Source: Planctomycetota bacterium
GTDB taxonomy: Bacteria > Planctomycetota > UBA1135 > UBA2386
Direction: 5' to 3'
Assembly (NCBI GenBank): GCA_021776805.1
Contig: JAJFFD010000210.1
Span: forward strand, 6,908-70,907
DNA: 64,000 bases
The position numbers and the translations under genes were made by a program. The notes under the pieces were generated by a model. The model made no database searches. It had not been told where the DNA came from and saw only the letters and a list, made by a program, of their open reading frames with translations. Below, one piece after another: positions 43,317 to 52,257 of the stretch (positions within the stretch are counted from its first letter, which is position 1; each line of letters opens with the position of its first letter).

Positions 43317-44959
43317 TCGCGGCGGCACTCTGTCTTGGTCTGCTCATGCCCCAGTTTCAGAGCGGCGATAGCATGTTCGCCATTACGGGCAAGGGCGAAG
43401 ACCGGCGGGTCTCCGCAGATAGGCCCTCGGTCAGCGCCGCAGATGCTCTGCGCACCCTCGGCACAGTGATGGGCTGGGATGTGGAATTCGAGACGGTGGG
43501 GCTGAGAGAGAATCTCGCCAATCGCCCACTTGCCTTGGCCTTCGTCGATCAAGATCCACGGACGATTGCGAGTCTCATCGCGGCCGCCGGGAATGCAGAC
43601 GTGGTATTCGATGATGTGAGTCGTGCAGCCTTGTTGCGGCCGCAGGCGAATATCGTGTCGCTGCCCTCAGCAGATACCGAGTCCGGTCGCAATCGACTGA
43701 TGAAACACTCGGTGGATTGGTACCACACCTTCTTGCAGGAGGAGCTCTCATTCGAGCCTCTCCGCAAGCGCGAAGGCATGCGCGCGCGCATGGATCTCGC
43801 CAAACTCCTCATGGATCGAGGAGATTACGATACGGCTGCCGAGCAGTATCTGCAGGTGCACAAGGAGAACAGGACCCACGAGTACGTTCCGCTGGCTCTT
43901 CTGAAGCTCTCCGAGTGCTTCTACGAGATGGGAGCGCAGCTCCAGCGGCGGGTAGATAGCAAGGACGCGGTGATTGCCGAAGAGGCGCGTGCTGAGCAGG
44001 GCGAGTTCTTCGACAAGTCCGAGAAGTACGCCCGTCTAGTGTCTGAGCGGCACGCGGAGAAGTGGGAGTCGGCCAAGGCGACGGTCTTCCTCGGCAAGAT
44101 CATGTTGGCGCAGCAGCGGTACTCAGAGTGCGTCAACTTCATGACCGCCAACTATCTTCGCCTGACGGGCACTCCGGAGATCGTCGATCTCTATCTGATC
44201 ACCGGTCAGGCTGAGCAGGCCAGGGGTAACACCCAGCGTGTCCTCGACGCCATGCTGACCCTCGAAGGAGCCCTCGATGAATTCCGCGGAATGACTCGAG
44301 AGCAGATGCTCGACTACCTGTTCATGCGCGCTGATGCTCTGCAGAGGCTCGGACACCACGAAGAAGCGGTCTTCACTGTGCACGAGTTCTTTGGCCTGGG
44401 ACCTGGAGATGGTCGCCGTGGCGCCGCATTCGTGATCATGGGTCGTGCGTACCTGGCTCTGGGGCAAGTCCTCGAGGCCTGGTCAGCGGCACTGGAAGCA
44501 CACAGTCTGCGACCGATCATGGATCGGAATTGGGCGCGGGAAGAGGGCAGGTTCTATGCCAAGGCTGCCCTCGAGGTAGGAGATCGTGACGAGGCCTTCG
44601 AGCGTCTCGAATTGGAAGTGCGTGATCGTCCCGAGTCGGAGCCCGAACTGGTGCTCTATCTGGTCGACGCCTTTGTCGCCCAGGGAAGATTCGAGAAGGC
44701 CGTGATAACCGCCGCGCTCCTCGTGGACTACGAGGATGAGTGGGGTGATCAGGCGCGCATGAAGACTGTGGAGGCGATGTGGAAGCAGGCAGATGCTGCC
44801 AACCAGATGGCTGGCTTCCCTCGCAAGGCTCTACCCTATGCACTCAGAATCAAGGACAAGTCCAAGCAAGAGGCTGTCTCCGAGCTCTTTGGCAAGGCCT
44901 ATGAACGCATGGGTCTCATCGACCTCGCCGCGAAGGCCTATCGGGGGATTCTGCAGTGA
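43313..44959 (+). CDS. Secreted TPR-repeat protein with STN-like N-terminal module
   Basis: 548 aa, coupled by ATGA. It has a signal-like N-terminus (MIAAALCLGLLMPQF). AADALRTLGTVMGWDVEFETVGL...RTIASLIAAAGNADVVFDD resembles secretin/TonB short N-terminal (STN) domains. Multiple TPR-like helices follow (MDLAKLLMDRGDYDTAAEQYLQV, FVIMGRAYLALGQVLEAWSAALEA). Confidence 0.65.
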   Translation: MIAAALCLGLLMPQFQSGDSMFAITGKGEDRRVSADRPSVSAADALRTLGTVMGWDVEFETVGLRENLANRPLALAFVDQDPRTIASLIAAAGNADVVFDDVSRAALLRPQANIVSLPSADTESGRNRLMKHSVDWYHTFLQEELSFEPLRKREGMRARMDLAKLLMDRGDYDTAAEQYLQVHKENRTHEYVPLALLKLSECFYEMGAQLQRRVDSKDAVIAEEARAEQGEFFDKSEKYARLVSERHAEKWESAKATVFLGKIMLAQQRYSECVNFMTANYLRLTGTPEIVDLYLITGQAEQARGNTQRVLDAMLTLEGALDEFRGMTREQMLDYLFMRADALQRLGHHEEAVFTVHEFFGLGPGDGRRGAAFVIMGRAYLALGQVLEAWSAALEAHSLRPIMDRNWAREEGRFYAKAALEVGDRDEAFERLELEVRDRPESEPELVLYLVDAFVAQGRFEKAVITAALLVDYEDEWGDQARMKTVEAMWKQADAANQMAGFPRKALPYALRIKDKSKQEAVSELFGKAYERMGLIDLAAKAYRGILQ

Positions 44960-45954
44960 GGGTTCTGTTCCTTGCGAGCCTCCTGACCTTGATCTGCACT
45001 GGGACTTCCCATGGGCAGAGTCGTCGGCTCATGGGCTCGCTGCGCGAGGACCTAATGGCCAGCGAAGCCAAGCTGAGGGCCTCCAAAGAGCATGAGAAGC
45101 GGATCTTGGAGCTGCGCATTCGCCATGATCTCGGTCTGCCGGTTCGCGCCGGTCGCTACTTGAGTCTTACTGAGCAGGAGACAGAGGCCCTCCGCTATGC
45201 GGACCCGAGCATCCTCGCAGAAGAAGAAAACGAGACGCGAAGACTGGCGCGCCAGTTGGCCTCTCTACAGGATCAGATCGAGGCCGCCGGCGGCAACCCC
45301 GAGGCAGAAGTGTTCACCCCGGTGGAGCTGCCAGCGAAGCCAGGTGTGAGGAGCGAGCAGCCGAGGCCGCAGATTGAGTTGCCAGCCGAAGAGCCAGACA
45401 TCCTGGTCCCCGCCCAGCCCGGGCTCGAAACCCAGGCGCGAGGATTCTCACTGAGTTCCGAAGGCATGGGTGGAGAGCTCCATTTGATCAAGGGCTCTCC
45501 GGATCGGGCTGAGATCGGCCGAGTTCTGCTTCACTATGGAGAGACACTCGACGCAAGAGCGGAACTGTTGGCTAACGAGGGCGACAGCTCCGAAGCAGAG
45601 AAGCATCGACAGTTGGCGAAGCGCGAGTATCTGCGTGCGAAGCAGGAGCTCGATCCGCTCGTATGGCAGGAGAACGAAGGCAAGCTGAGTCGCAAACTTC
45701 GCGACGAAGTTGAGCTTCCGGTGATGTTCCTCCTGGCCCAGTGCGAAGAGAAGCTCGGCAACTACGGGGTCGCCAGCGAGATCTACCTGGACATCAAGAA
45801 TCTCGACAAGGTCAAGGACGAGGCTGGCAACAACGACCTCGGCAGTTGGGGTTTGGCCGCCGACGTAGCTCGGCGAGTCATGGAATTCATGCTCGAGCAC
45901 GGGGAGTGGGCACCAGTGCCCGCAATCAACTCGATCCAATGGCCGGGCAAGTGA
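44956..45954 (+). CDS. Secreted coiled-coil / TPR-like protein
   Basis: 332 aa, coupled by GTGA. It has a clear signal peptide (MRVLFLASLLTLICTGTSHGQ), a coiled-coil N-terminal half, a Pro/Glu-rich linker and a helical C-terminal half. Confidence 0.55.
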   Translation: MRVLFLASLLTLICTGTSHGQSRRLMGSLREDLMASEAKLRASKEHEKRILELRIRHDLGLPVRAGRYLSLTEQETEALRYADPSILAEEENETRRLARQLASLQDQIEAAGGNPEAEVFTPVELPAKPGVRSEQPRPQIELPAEEPDILVPAQPGLETQARGFSLSSEGMGGELHLIKGSPDRAEIGRVLLHYGETLDARAELLANEGDSSEAEKHRQLAKREYLRAKQELDPLVWQENEGKLSRKLRDEVELPVMFLLAQCEEKLGNYGVASEIYLDIKNLDKVKDEAGNNDLGSWGLAADVARRVMEFMLEHGEWAPVPAINSIQWPGK

Positions 45955-47078
45955 GCTCCAGCCTGGCGGGAATGTCGGAGACCGATCTCCGGCAGGGCTT
46001 CGAGACCTTCGTCGATGCAGCCTGTCGCTTGGAGGATAGCTATCGTGAGCTCAAGTCTCGCGCGGCCAAGATTGATCTGGAGCTGGCAGCGAGCAATGCC
46101 AAGCTCGCCGCAACCCTGCGCGAGCGAGAGGCGGTCTTTTCTGCCATGCCCGTTGGCGTGGTCGCTTTTGATGCTGCGGAGCAGAGTTCCTGGTCAAACC
46201 CGGAAGCGGATCGGCTCCTGGCCCTGGCCAGCGAGAACGGCCTGAGGCTCGGCGATATGGAACCCGGCCTCTTCGAGTCATCGAAGTTGGCGGTGAATAT
46301 CAATCGTGTGCCGCTTCCCGATGGCGGCAGCCTGCTGCTGCTCGAGGATCGCAGCAAGCTCCTGCGCCTCGAAAGAGAGGTGCATCGATTGGATCGGCTG
46401 GCCGGGCTGTCCGAGTTGGCGCTCGGTGTTGCTCATGAGATCAAAAACCCCCTCAACGGCGTAGTGGGCTTTGCATCTCTGCTGGAGCGATCCGAGGACC
46501 CAGCGGTGATGAAACGCTTCTCCCAGAAGATCCTGCAAGGGCTCGCACAGGTGGACGAAATCGTCAAAGCCATGCTCGAGTTTGCCCGCCCACAGGCGAA
46601 GGGCATGGCGATGGCCTCCCTGGCGAGCATTATTCGCGAGGCAGCTTCCCATGCGGGATTGTCTGCCGGTCATCTGTCTCTTGCCGGGGACTTGGAGACG
46701 GAAGCGCAGAGCTTCGCATTGGTTCGAGTTCTGACCAATCTCTTCCGCAACAGCCTCGAAGCAGCTGGCAGCTCCAGCGTGAAGATTTCGGTCCGAGTCG
46801 AGACCGCTGTCGAGGCGACGCAAGTCTTGGTCAGTGATGACGGGCCAGGAATCGATCCTGAACTCGGTGATCGCATTTTCGAGCCATTCGTGAGCACCAA
46901 GGAGCGGGGCCACGGACTCGGACTGGCTCTCTCATGCCGCGTGCTCTCCTTTCTTGGTGGATCGGTGGAGCTCGCCGAAGGCGAAGCATCCGGTGCATGC
47001 TTCAGAATCCAATTGCCGGGCCTGTCCACGAGCATCCTGCCGAATCCTCAGCTAGCGGAGAGAGCGGTCGATGACTGA
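45939..47078 (+). CDS. Cytoplasmic PAS-domain sensor histidine kinase (FleS/FlrB/NtrB-like)
   Basis: I place the start at ATG 45939. The longer ORF from 45741 lies inside the upstream gene. It has a PAS-like region (AVFSAMPVGVVAFDAAEQSSWSNPEADRLL), H-box VAHEIKNPLNG, N-box LTNLFRNSLEA, G1 DDGPGI and G2 GHGLGLAL. Confidence 0.85.
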   Translation: MAGQVSSSLAGMSETDLRQGFETFVDAACRLEDSYRELKSRAAKIDLELAASNAKLAATLREREAVFSAMPVGVVAFDAAEQSSWSNPEADRLLALASENGLRLGDMEPGLFESSKLAVNINRVPLPDGGSLLLLEDRSKLLRLEREVHRLDRLAGLSELALGVAHEIKNPLNGVVGFASLLERSEDPAVMKRFSQKILQGLAQVDEIVKAMLEFARPQAKGMAMASLASIIREAASHAGLSAGHLSLAGDLETEAQSFALVRVLTNLFRNSLEAAGSSSVKISVRVETAVEATQVLVSDDGPGIDPELGDRIFEPFVSTKERGHGLGLALSCRVLSFLGGSVELAEGEASGACFRIQLPGLSTSILPNPQLAERAVDD

Positions 47079-48429
47079 GACTGGTTCCAAGGGCTCAGTC
47101 CTCGTTGCCGATGATGAGCCGATCAGCAGGGAATTCCTAGCCGAGGCCCTGGGCATGCTCGGTCTGCAGGTCACCGAAGCCGAGGATGGTCTCTCGGCGA
47201 TCGCGATGCTCAATGAGCAGCATTTCGACTACGTCTTCACCGATCTGCAGATGCCTGGGCAGGACGGTTTGGCGGTGCTTGGCGCATCCAAGAAGCAGGA
47301 TTCGGATCGACCAGTCGTCCTGGTGACCGCTCATGGCACCATGGAGGTAGCCATCGAAGTGATGCGCAAGGGCGCCGACGACATCCTGGAGAAGCCAGCC
47401 ACTGCCAATGACCTGGAGCTGTCCTTGATGCGGGTGATGGATCGCGCTCGGCTCCGGCGAGAGAACCGCTACTTCCGCCGGCAGAGCGTTGGCCAAGGGA
47501 TGCTCGTCAAGAGCGAGCAGATGCAGCAGCTCATGGATCTGATCGGCAAGGTCGCTCAGAGCAAGGCTTCGGTTCTGATTCGCGGTGAAAGCGGAACTGG
47601 CAAGGAGCGGGTCGCTGCCGAGCTCCACCGACGCAGTGGACGCGCCACGGGACCATTCGTGAAGATCAATTGTGCGGCCATCCCAGAGAGCTTGATGGAG
47701 AGCGAGCTATTCGGGCACGAGGCGGGCGCCTTTACAGGTGCAAACAAGCGTCGTGAGGGCTGCTTCGAGCTCGCCGATGGTGGCACTCTCTTTCTCGACG
47801 AGATCGGGGAGATGGCACATGGCATGCAGGCCAAGCTTCTCCGAGTGATCCAGGAAGGTGAATTCAGCCGTGTCGGTGGCAGCCACGCGGTCAATGTGGA
47901 TGTGCGCATCGTCTCGGCGACCAACCGTGATCTCGAGCGTGACATCGAAGAGGAACGCTTCCGTGGCGACCTCTTCTATCGACTCAATGTTGTGCCTCTG
48001 AACGTGCCTCCCCTGCGCGAGCGCAAGAGCGAGATCCAGGACTTGGTGGCGCATTTCCTGCCCGAGACTGTTTCCGTGAGTGGGCCGGCCATGCGACTTC
48101 TCGAGTCGCATGATTGGCCAGGCAATGTCAGAGAGCTGGAGAACATGATTCAGCGCGCTTGCATTCTCTGTACTGGTGGAGTCATTCAGGCTGCGCTGAT
48201 CGCCCCCTGGTTGGGCCTTGGCGTCGAGCCCACGGTCGAGATACCCGGCCCGGTTCAGCCTGCCGAGAGCCTGGCAGGCCGCAGCTTGAGCGAAGTCGAG
48301 ATGCAGGCGATCTTCGAAACTTTGGACTTTTGCGAGGGCAATCGGACCAAGGCAGCGAACATGCTTGGCATTGGGGTTCGTACCCTCTTCAACAAGCTCA
48401 AGGGACAGAGTCCCCAACGCAGCCACTGA
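47071..48429 (+). CDS. Sigma-54-dependent response regulator (FleR/FlrC/NtrC-like)
   Basis: 452 aa, overlapping the kinase gene by 8 nt. The REC acceptor Asp is in DYVFTDLQMPG. It has Walker A GESGTGKE, the GAFTGA loop present exactly, and a C-terminal HTH RTKAANMLGIGVRTLFNKLK. Confidence 0.93.
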   Translation: MTETGSKGSVLVADDEPISREFLAEALGMLGLQVTEAEDGLSAIAMLNEQHFDYVFTDLQMPGQDGLAVLGASKKQDSDRPVVLVTAHGTMEVAIEVMRKGADDILEKPATANDLELSLMRVMDRARLRRENRYFRRQSVGQGMLVKSEQMQQLMDLIGKVAQSKASVLIRGESGTGKERVAAELHRRSGRATGPFVKINCAAIPESLMESELFGHEAGAFTGANKRREGCFELADGGTLFLDEIGEMAHGMQAKLLRVIQEGEFSRVGGSHAVNVDVRIVSATNRDLERDIEEERFRGDLFYRLNVVPLNVPPLRERKSEIQDLVAHFLPETVSVSGPAMRLLESHDWPGNVRELENMIQRACILCTGGVIQAALIAPWLGLGVEPTVEIPGPVQPAESLAGRSLSEVEMQAIFETLDFCEGNRTKAANMLGIGVRTLFNKLKGQSPQRSH

Positions 48430-48440
48430 TTCCAGACCGC

Positions 48441-49361
48441 ATGCCCTTTGTCGTTGATGGCCAAAAGCGTGGGCTGGTCTCGCCCCCGTCGATCGAGGTC
48501 GATCCGCTGGACTACCGTCCCAGCCGCAAGCACTGGCTTTCCTCGCGCTGTTCTGGGGCCCTAAATCGCCTGCTGAATTATGTCCCCGGCAGTCGGCTTC
48601 TAAACCGACTGAGCCAACGAGGCACCGAGTTCAGAGAGGTTGAAGTTCCGCTGGACTCGGCTGCGCAGAGCCTCGACGGATTCAAGATCGCCTTCCTCTC
48701 CGATGTTCATGTCGGCAGTTTCATGGACGAGGCGGATCTCCTGCGCATCTTCGCGCGCATCGCGGAATTCGAACCGGACCTGGTCTGCCTGGGAGGCGAC
48801 CTGATCAATACCCAGGCGAGCGAACTGCATGCCTTCGCCCGGCCGCTTGACATGCTTCGGCCAAGCCAAGGCATCTATGCCATTCCCGGCAATCACGAGC
48901 ACTCCTGGGGAGCCGGCATGGATCACTGGCATGAGACCATGGCAGGGATGGGAGTAACCTGCCTCTTCAACGCAGGCCGGCGAATCGAACGCGATGGCGC
49001 TGGGTTTTGGCTGTGTGGTGTCGATGACCTTTGCGAAGGCGACCCGGATCTGGAGGCAGCCTTGCAGGGCAAGGGGCATGGGGAGCCGGTTGTCCTTCTC
49101 TCCCATAATCCTGACTACTACCTGAAGGCTGCTGCGAGCTCCGTTGACCTGACCATCTCAGGCCATACACATGGCGGTCAGATTCTGTTCTTCGGCTGGA
49201 CGCCTCTTGGGCATAGCCGACACGGCTACTGGAAGGGATTGTATAGCGATGGACGCAGCTCGCTCTACGTCAGCCGTGGGGTGGGTGTGAGCATCTTGCC
49301 CCTGCGACTCGGCGCACGGCCCGAGATCTCGATCTTGCGCCTACGCAGCTCTCGCCCCTAG
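48441..49361 (+). CDS. Calcineurin-like metallophosphoesterase (YaeI-like)
   Basis: 306 aa from ATG 48441. Motifs seen are FLSDVHVG, GGDLIN, GNHE, LSHNP and SGHTHGGQ. Confidence 0.85.
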   Translation: MPFVVDGQKRGLVSPPSIEVDPLDYRPSRKHWLSSRCSGALNRLLNYVPGSRLLNRLSQRGTEFREVEVPLDSAAQSLDGFKIAFLSDVHVGSFMDEADLLRIFARIAEFEPDLVCLGGDLINTQASELHAFARPLDMLRPSQGIYAIPGNHEHSWGAGMDHWHETMAGMGVTCLFNAGRRIERDGAGFWLCGVDDLCEGDPDLEAALQGKGHGEPVVLLSHNPDYYLKAAASSVDLTISGHTHGGQILFFGWTPLGHSRHGYWKGLYSDGRSSLYVSRGVGVSILPLRLGARPEISILRLRSSRP

Positions 49362-49936
49362 GGATCGTGAAAGATCTTCCAGGCCCGCTGGATGAGTTTG
49401 CAGGACAAGGCCGCTGAGAAAGCGATGCCCAGCACGGCCCGATCTCCCGGATCTTCAGGCAGATCGAAGGCGCCGAGGTGTTGCAGAGCGACGGTCGCGG
49501 AGCTGTAGAGGATGAGCTCGACGAGAACGGCCTTGCGATGGAACTGCCAATCGAACCAGGAGCCCAGAACCCAGGTCACTACGTCGGCCAGAAAGCAGCC
49601 GGAGAGGGCGACCAGCAAGAATGGGTAGCGGGTCGAAAGGCCATAGAATACGCCAAAGAAGGCGAGCTTGATGGCCATGCCCGAGATGCGGTAGGCCTTG
49701 TCAGCAAGCCGGATTGCCTCGGCGGAACTCATCAGCGGTTTCTCGTCCGCAGCGAGTCCAGACGCCTCCATGATCGGCGAGTCCTGCGCTTCCTGCATAC
49801 AGCCCCGGTGGCAAGATGCGCATAGCCAGGCGATACCGATCTTGGTCAGATGCAGGATGTCGAGGCGATTGCCACATCCATTGCACTCACGCTGCGGTAT
49901 GAGGTGGCGGGGTCTGTCGAGGACCTTCCCTTCCAT
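49358..49936 (-). CDS. Zinc-ribbon membrane protein, function unknown
   Basis: 192 aa from ATG 49936. There are two CxxC pairs (CNGCG, CASCH) followed by 3-4 hydrophobic segments. The longer ORF version would run into the divergent permease gene. Confidence 0.45.
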   Translation of the reverse strand: MEGKVLDRPRHLIPQRECNGCGNRLDILHLTKIGIAWLCASCHRGCMQEAQDSPIMEASGLAADEKPLMSSAEAIRLADKAYRISGMAIKLAFFGVFYGLSTRYPFLLVALSGCFLADVVTWVLGSWFDWQFHRKAVLVELILYSSATVALQHLGAFDLPEDPGDRAVLGIAFSAALSCKLIQRAWKIFHDP

Positions 49937-50059
49937 GCTATGGACATCGGCCCTTCCCCCCTTGTTCCTGAGTTCGGAGCCTGGATCTTCGGTGGCAAGA
50001 GGTCTTGGCCGGCTGATGCTTCCGTGACCGATGCTCCGAGCTAAGATCCAGCCTAGCCA

Positions 50060-51070
50060 ATGTTCGTGTATCTGACGAAGCGGCTGCTTTGGATGATCCC
50101 CTCTCTCTTTGGGATCAGCCTGCTGATTTTCTTGCTTCTCGACCTTGTGCCGGCAGACCGGGCCGAAGTCGAGATGCAGCGCGTGAGCGCGAATCAGGAT
50201 CGTGCAGCGAGGGAGGAAGGAATCATCAACCTTCGCATCCGCTACGGTCTGATTGATCGGGTGACTCACGAGCCCCGTTCAGTCTGGGAGCGCTACTGGA
50301 ACTGGGTGCTGCACGCATCCCAGTTGGACTTCGCGGACCCTAGCGAAGATTCCGCGCTCTTCCGTCAACGCTTCCTCTCTGCTCTCTCCGTCAGCGCCTT
50401 GATCGGATTAAGCGCCATGCTGGTCGCTCTGATCATCGGCTTGGTTCTTGGCGGCTACCTTGGAATGCGCGCGGGTGGTCTGCTGGACCGAGGAGTCTCG
50501 GGCATTCTCTTGGTTTGCTACGGACTTCCCGAGTTCCTCCTCGCAACCCTGGTAGTTCTAGCCATCAGCAGTGAAGCGCTGATGGGAATGTTTCCTGGCG
50601 CTGGCCTGCGTTCTCCAGGTGCGGAGAATTGGTCGCTGAGCGAGCAGGTACTCGATCTGGGCTGGCACCTCATGCTGCCGGTCTTGATCATTGCCCTCGG
50701 ACCGGCAACGACCCTGCTGCGTTTCGTTCGCGAGTCTGTGGCGCGGGCGGCGCGCAGGCCCTTCGTCCAATCCCTGCGTGCCTGGGGTTTCGAAGAACGG
50801 CAGATTCGTGCACGGGTTCTCAGGCATGGCCTCACTCCCCTGGCGACAATGGCCAGCACCCTTCTGCCCATGTTGGTCTCCGGTTCCCTCGTCGTGGAGA
50901 TGGTCTTTGCCCTGCCCGGCCTGACGCCAATGATCTACGAGGCGATCAATGCCCGCGAGTACGCCCTGGTAATGGCGGGCTTGATGTTGGTGGCGATCGT
51001 GGTCCTGGTCTCCATGGTCATCTCGGATGTCCTCCAGCGCTGCTTCGATCCGCGGGTGAGCTTGCGATGA
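50060..51070 (+). CDS. ABC transporter permease, OppB/DppB family
   Basis: 336 aa. The N-terminus KRLLWMIPSLFGISLLIFLLLDLVP and an EAA-like loop region (FVQSLRAWGFEERQIRARVLRHGLTP) are typical of peptide/nickel permeases. Confidence 0.88.
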   Translation: MFVYLTKRLLWMIPSLFGISLLIFLLLDLVPADRAEVEMQRVSANQDRAAREEGIINLRIRYGLIDRVTHEPRSVWERYWNWVLHASQLDFADPSEDSALFRQRFLSALSVSALIGLSAMLVALIIGLVLGGYLGMRAGGLLDRGVSGILLVCYGLPEFLLATLVVLAISSEALMGMFPGAGLRSPGAENWSLSEQVLDLGWHLMLPVLIIALGPATTLLRFVRESVARAARRPFVQSLRAWGFEERQIRARVLRHGLTPLATMASTLLPMLVSGSLVVEMVFALPGLTPMIYEAINAREYALVMAGLMLVAIVVLVSMVISDVLQRCFDPRVSLR

Positions 51071-52026
51071 GGATCCTCAGCAGCTTCGTTCTCTGGAGCT
51101 TCCTCCTGGTGGCCGCCCTGGCACCCTTTCTCGCTGGCGATCGGCCCTTCATGGCCCGAGTGGCCGGCGAGCTCAGCTTCCCTGGTCTCTCGAGCTATCT
51201 CGGGACTGAGGAACCCGGTCCTGCCGGGCAGACCTGGCGGCAGTGGTGGTTGAGTCTGGACAGCAGTTCGGAGGACTGGGGGATCATGCCGATCTGGATG
51301 CAGGGTCCAGAGGAGGTTCACGAGGATCTATTCCTCGCTGGACCCAGTGACAGCCATCCCCTGGGCAACGATGACACCGGTCGAGACCAGTTGTCGCGCC
51401 TGATCCACGGTGCCCTGCGCGCCCTGACTGTGGCCTTGGGAACCGTCTGCCTCGGGATTCTGATCGGGGTTCCCCTCGGCGCCCTGGCCGGGCTGCGTGG
51501 CGGCTGGACTGATATCCTGGTCCTGCGTGCCATGGAGGTCTTCCTCTGCTTCCCCGGTGTCCTGGCGATCCTGGCTGCCGCCGCTTTCTTCGGCGGCAGC
51601 ACATGGCTGGTCATCCTCGTTCTGGGGATCGTCTACTGGCCTGCCTTTGCCCGCATTGTCCGTGGCGAATTCCTTTCCCTGCGTGAGCGCGAGTTTGTGC
51701 ATGTTGCTCGCAGTCTCGGCATCTCGGCTCCGGCCATCCTCTTCCGGCACATGCTGCCCTGTATCAAAGGGCAGGTCTATGTCACCGCCGCCTTCGTCGC
51801 TGCCAATGCCATCATCGCCGAGTCCACCCTCTCCTTTCTCGGTCTCGGTGCTGGTCTGAGAGAGGTTTCCTGGGGTGGGATGCTCGCCCAGGGGAAGACA
51901 CACGCGGCCGGTCCGGCCTGGCATCTCTGGCTCTTTCCAGCAATTGTGGTCGTCGCCGTGATCCTCAGCCTGCACGCATTGGCGGACAGGATGGCCAAGC
52001 CCGCCAGAGATCAGGCCATAAGATAA
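51067..52026 (+). CDS. ABC transporter permease, OppC/DppC family
   Basis: 319 aa from ATG 51067 (ATGA overlap). It carries the HPLGNDDTGRDQLSRLIHGA signature and the EAA loop EFVHVARSLGISAPAILFRHMLP. Confidence 0.88.
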   Translation: MRILSSFVLWSFLLVAALAPFLAGDRPFMARVAGELSFPGLSSYLGTEEPGPAGQTWRQWWLSLDSSSEDWGIMPIWMQGPEEVHEDLFLAGPSDSHPLGNDDTGRDQLSRLIHGALRALTVALGTVCLGILIGVPLGALAGLRGGWTDILVLRAMEVFLCFPGVLAILAAAAFFGGSTWLVILVLGIVYWPAFARIVRGEFLSLREREFVHVARSLGISAPAILFRHMLPCIKGQVYVTAAFVAANAIIAESTLSFLGLGAGLREVSWGGMLAQGKTHAAGPAWHLWLFPAIVVVAVILSLHALADRMAKPARDQAIR

Positions 52027-52257
52027 ATAATTGCATGGACTTATGCTGTCGCGATCGCTCGCATGCTGAGTTCTGATTGGCGACAGATGAGGTCTTGCCT
52101 CCGGTAGCTACTTTTCGGTAGATCTGTGCCCCCCTAAACCGGCCTCGAAGGCTGGTTTCAAGCGGCCGCGAGCGAATCCGGTTTCGCCCTCGCCTGGGAA
52201 GTTTCTGTCCGAGTCTCCCGTTTGTTGGCGACTACGTAGATATCCAAACATTCCGTC

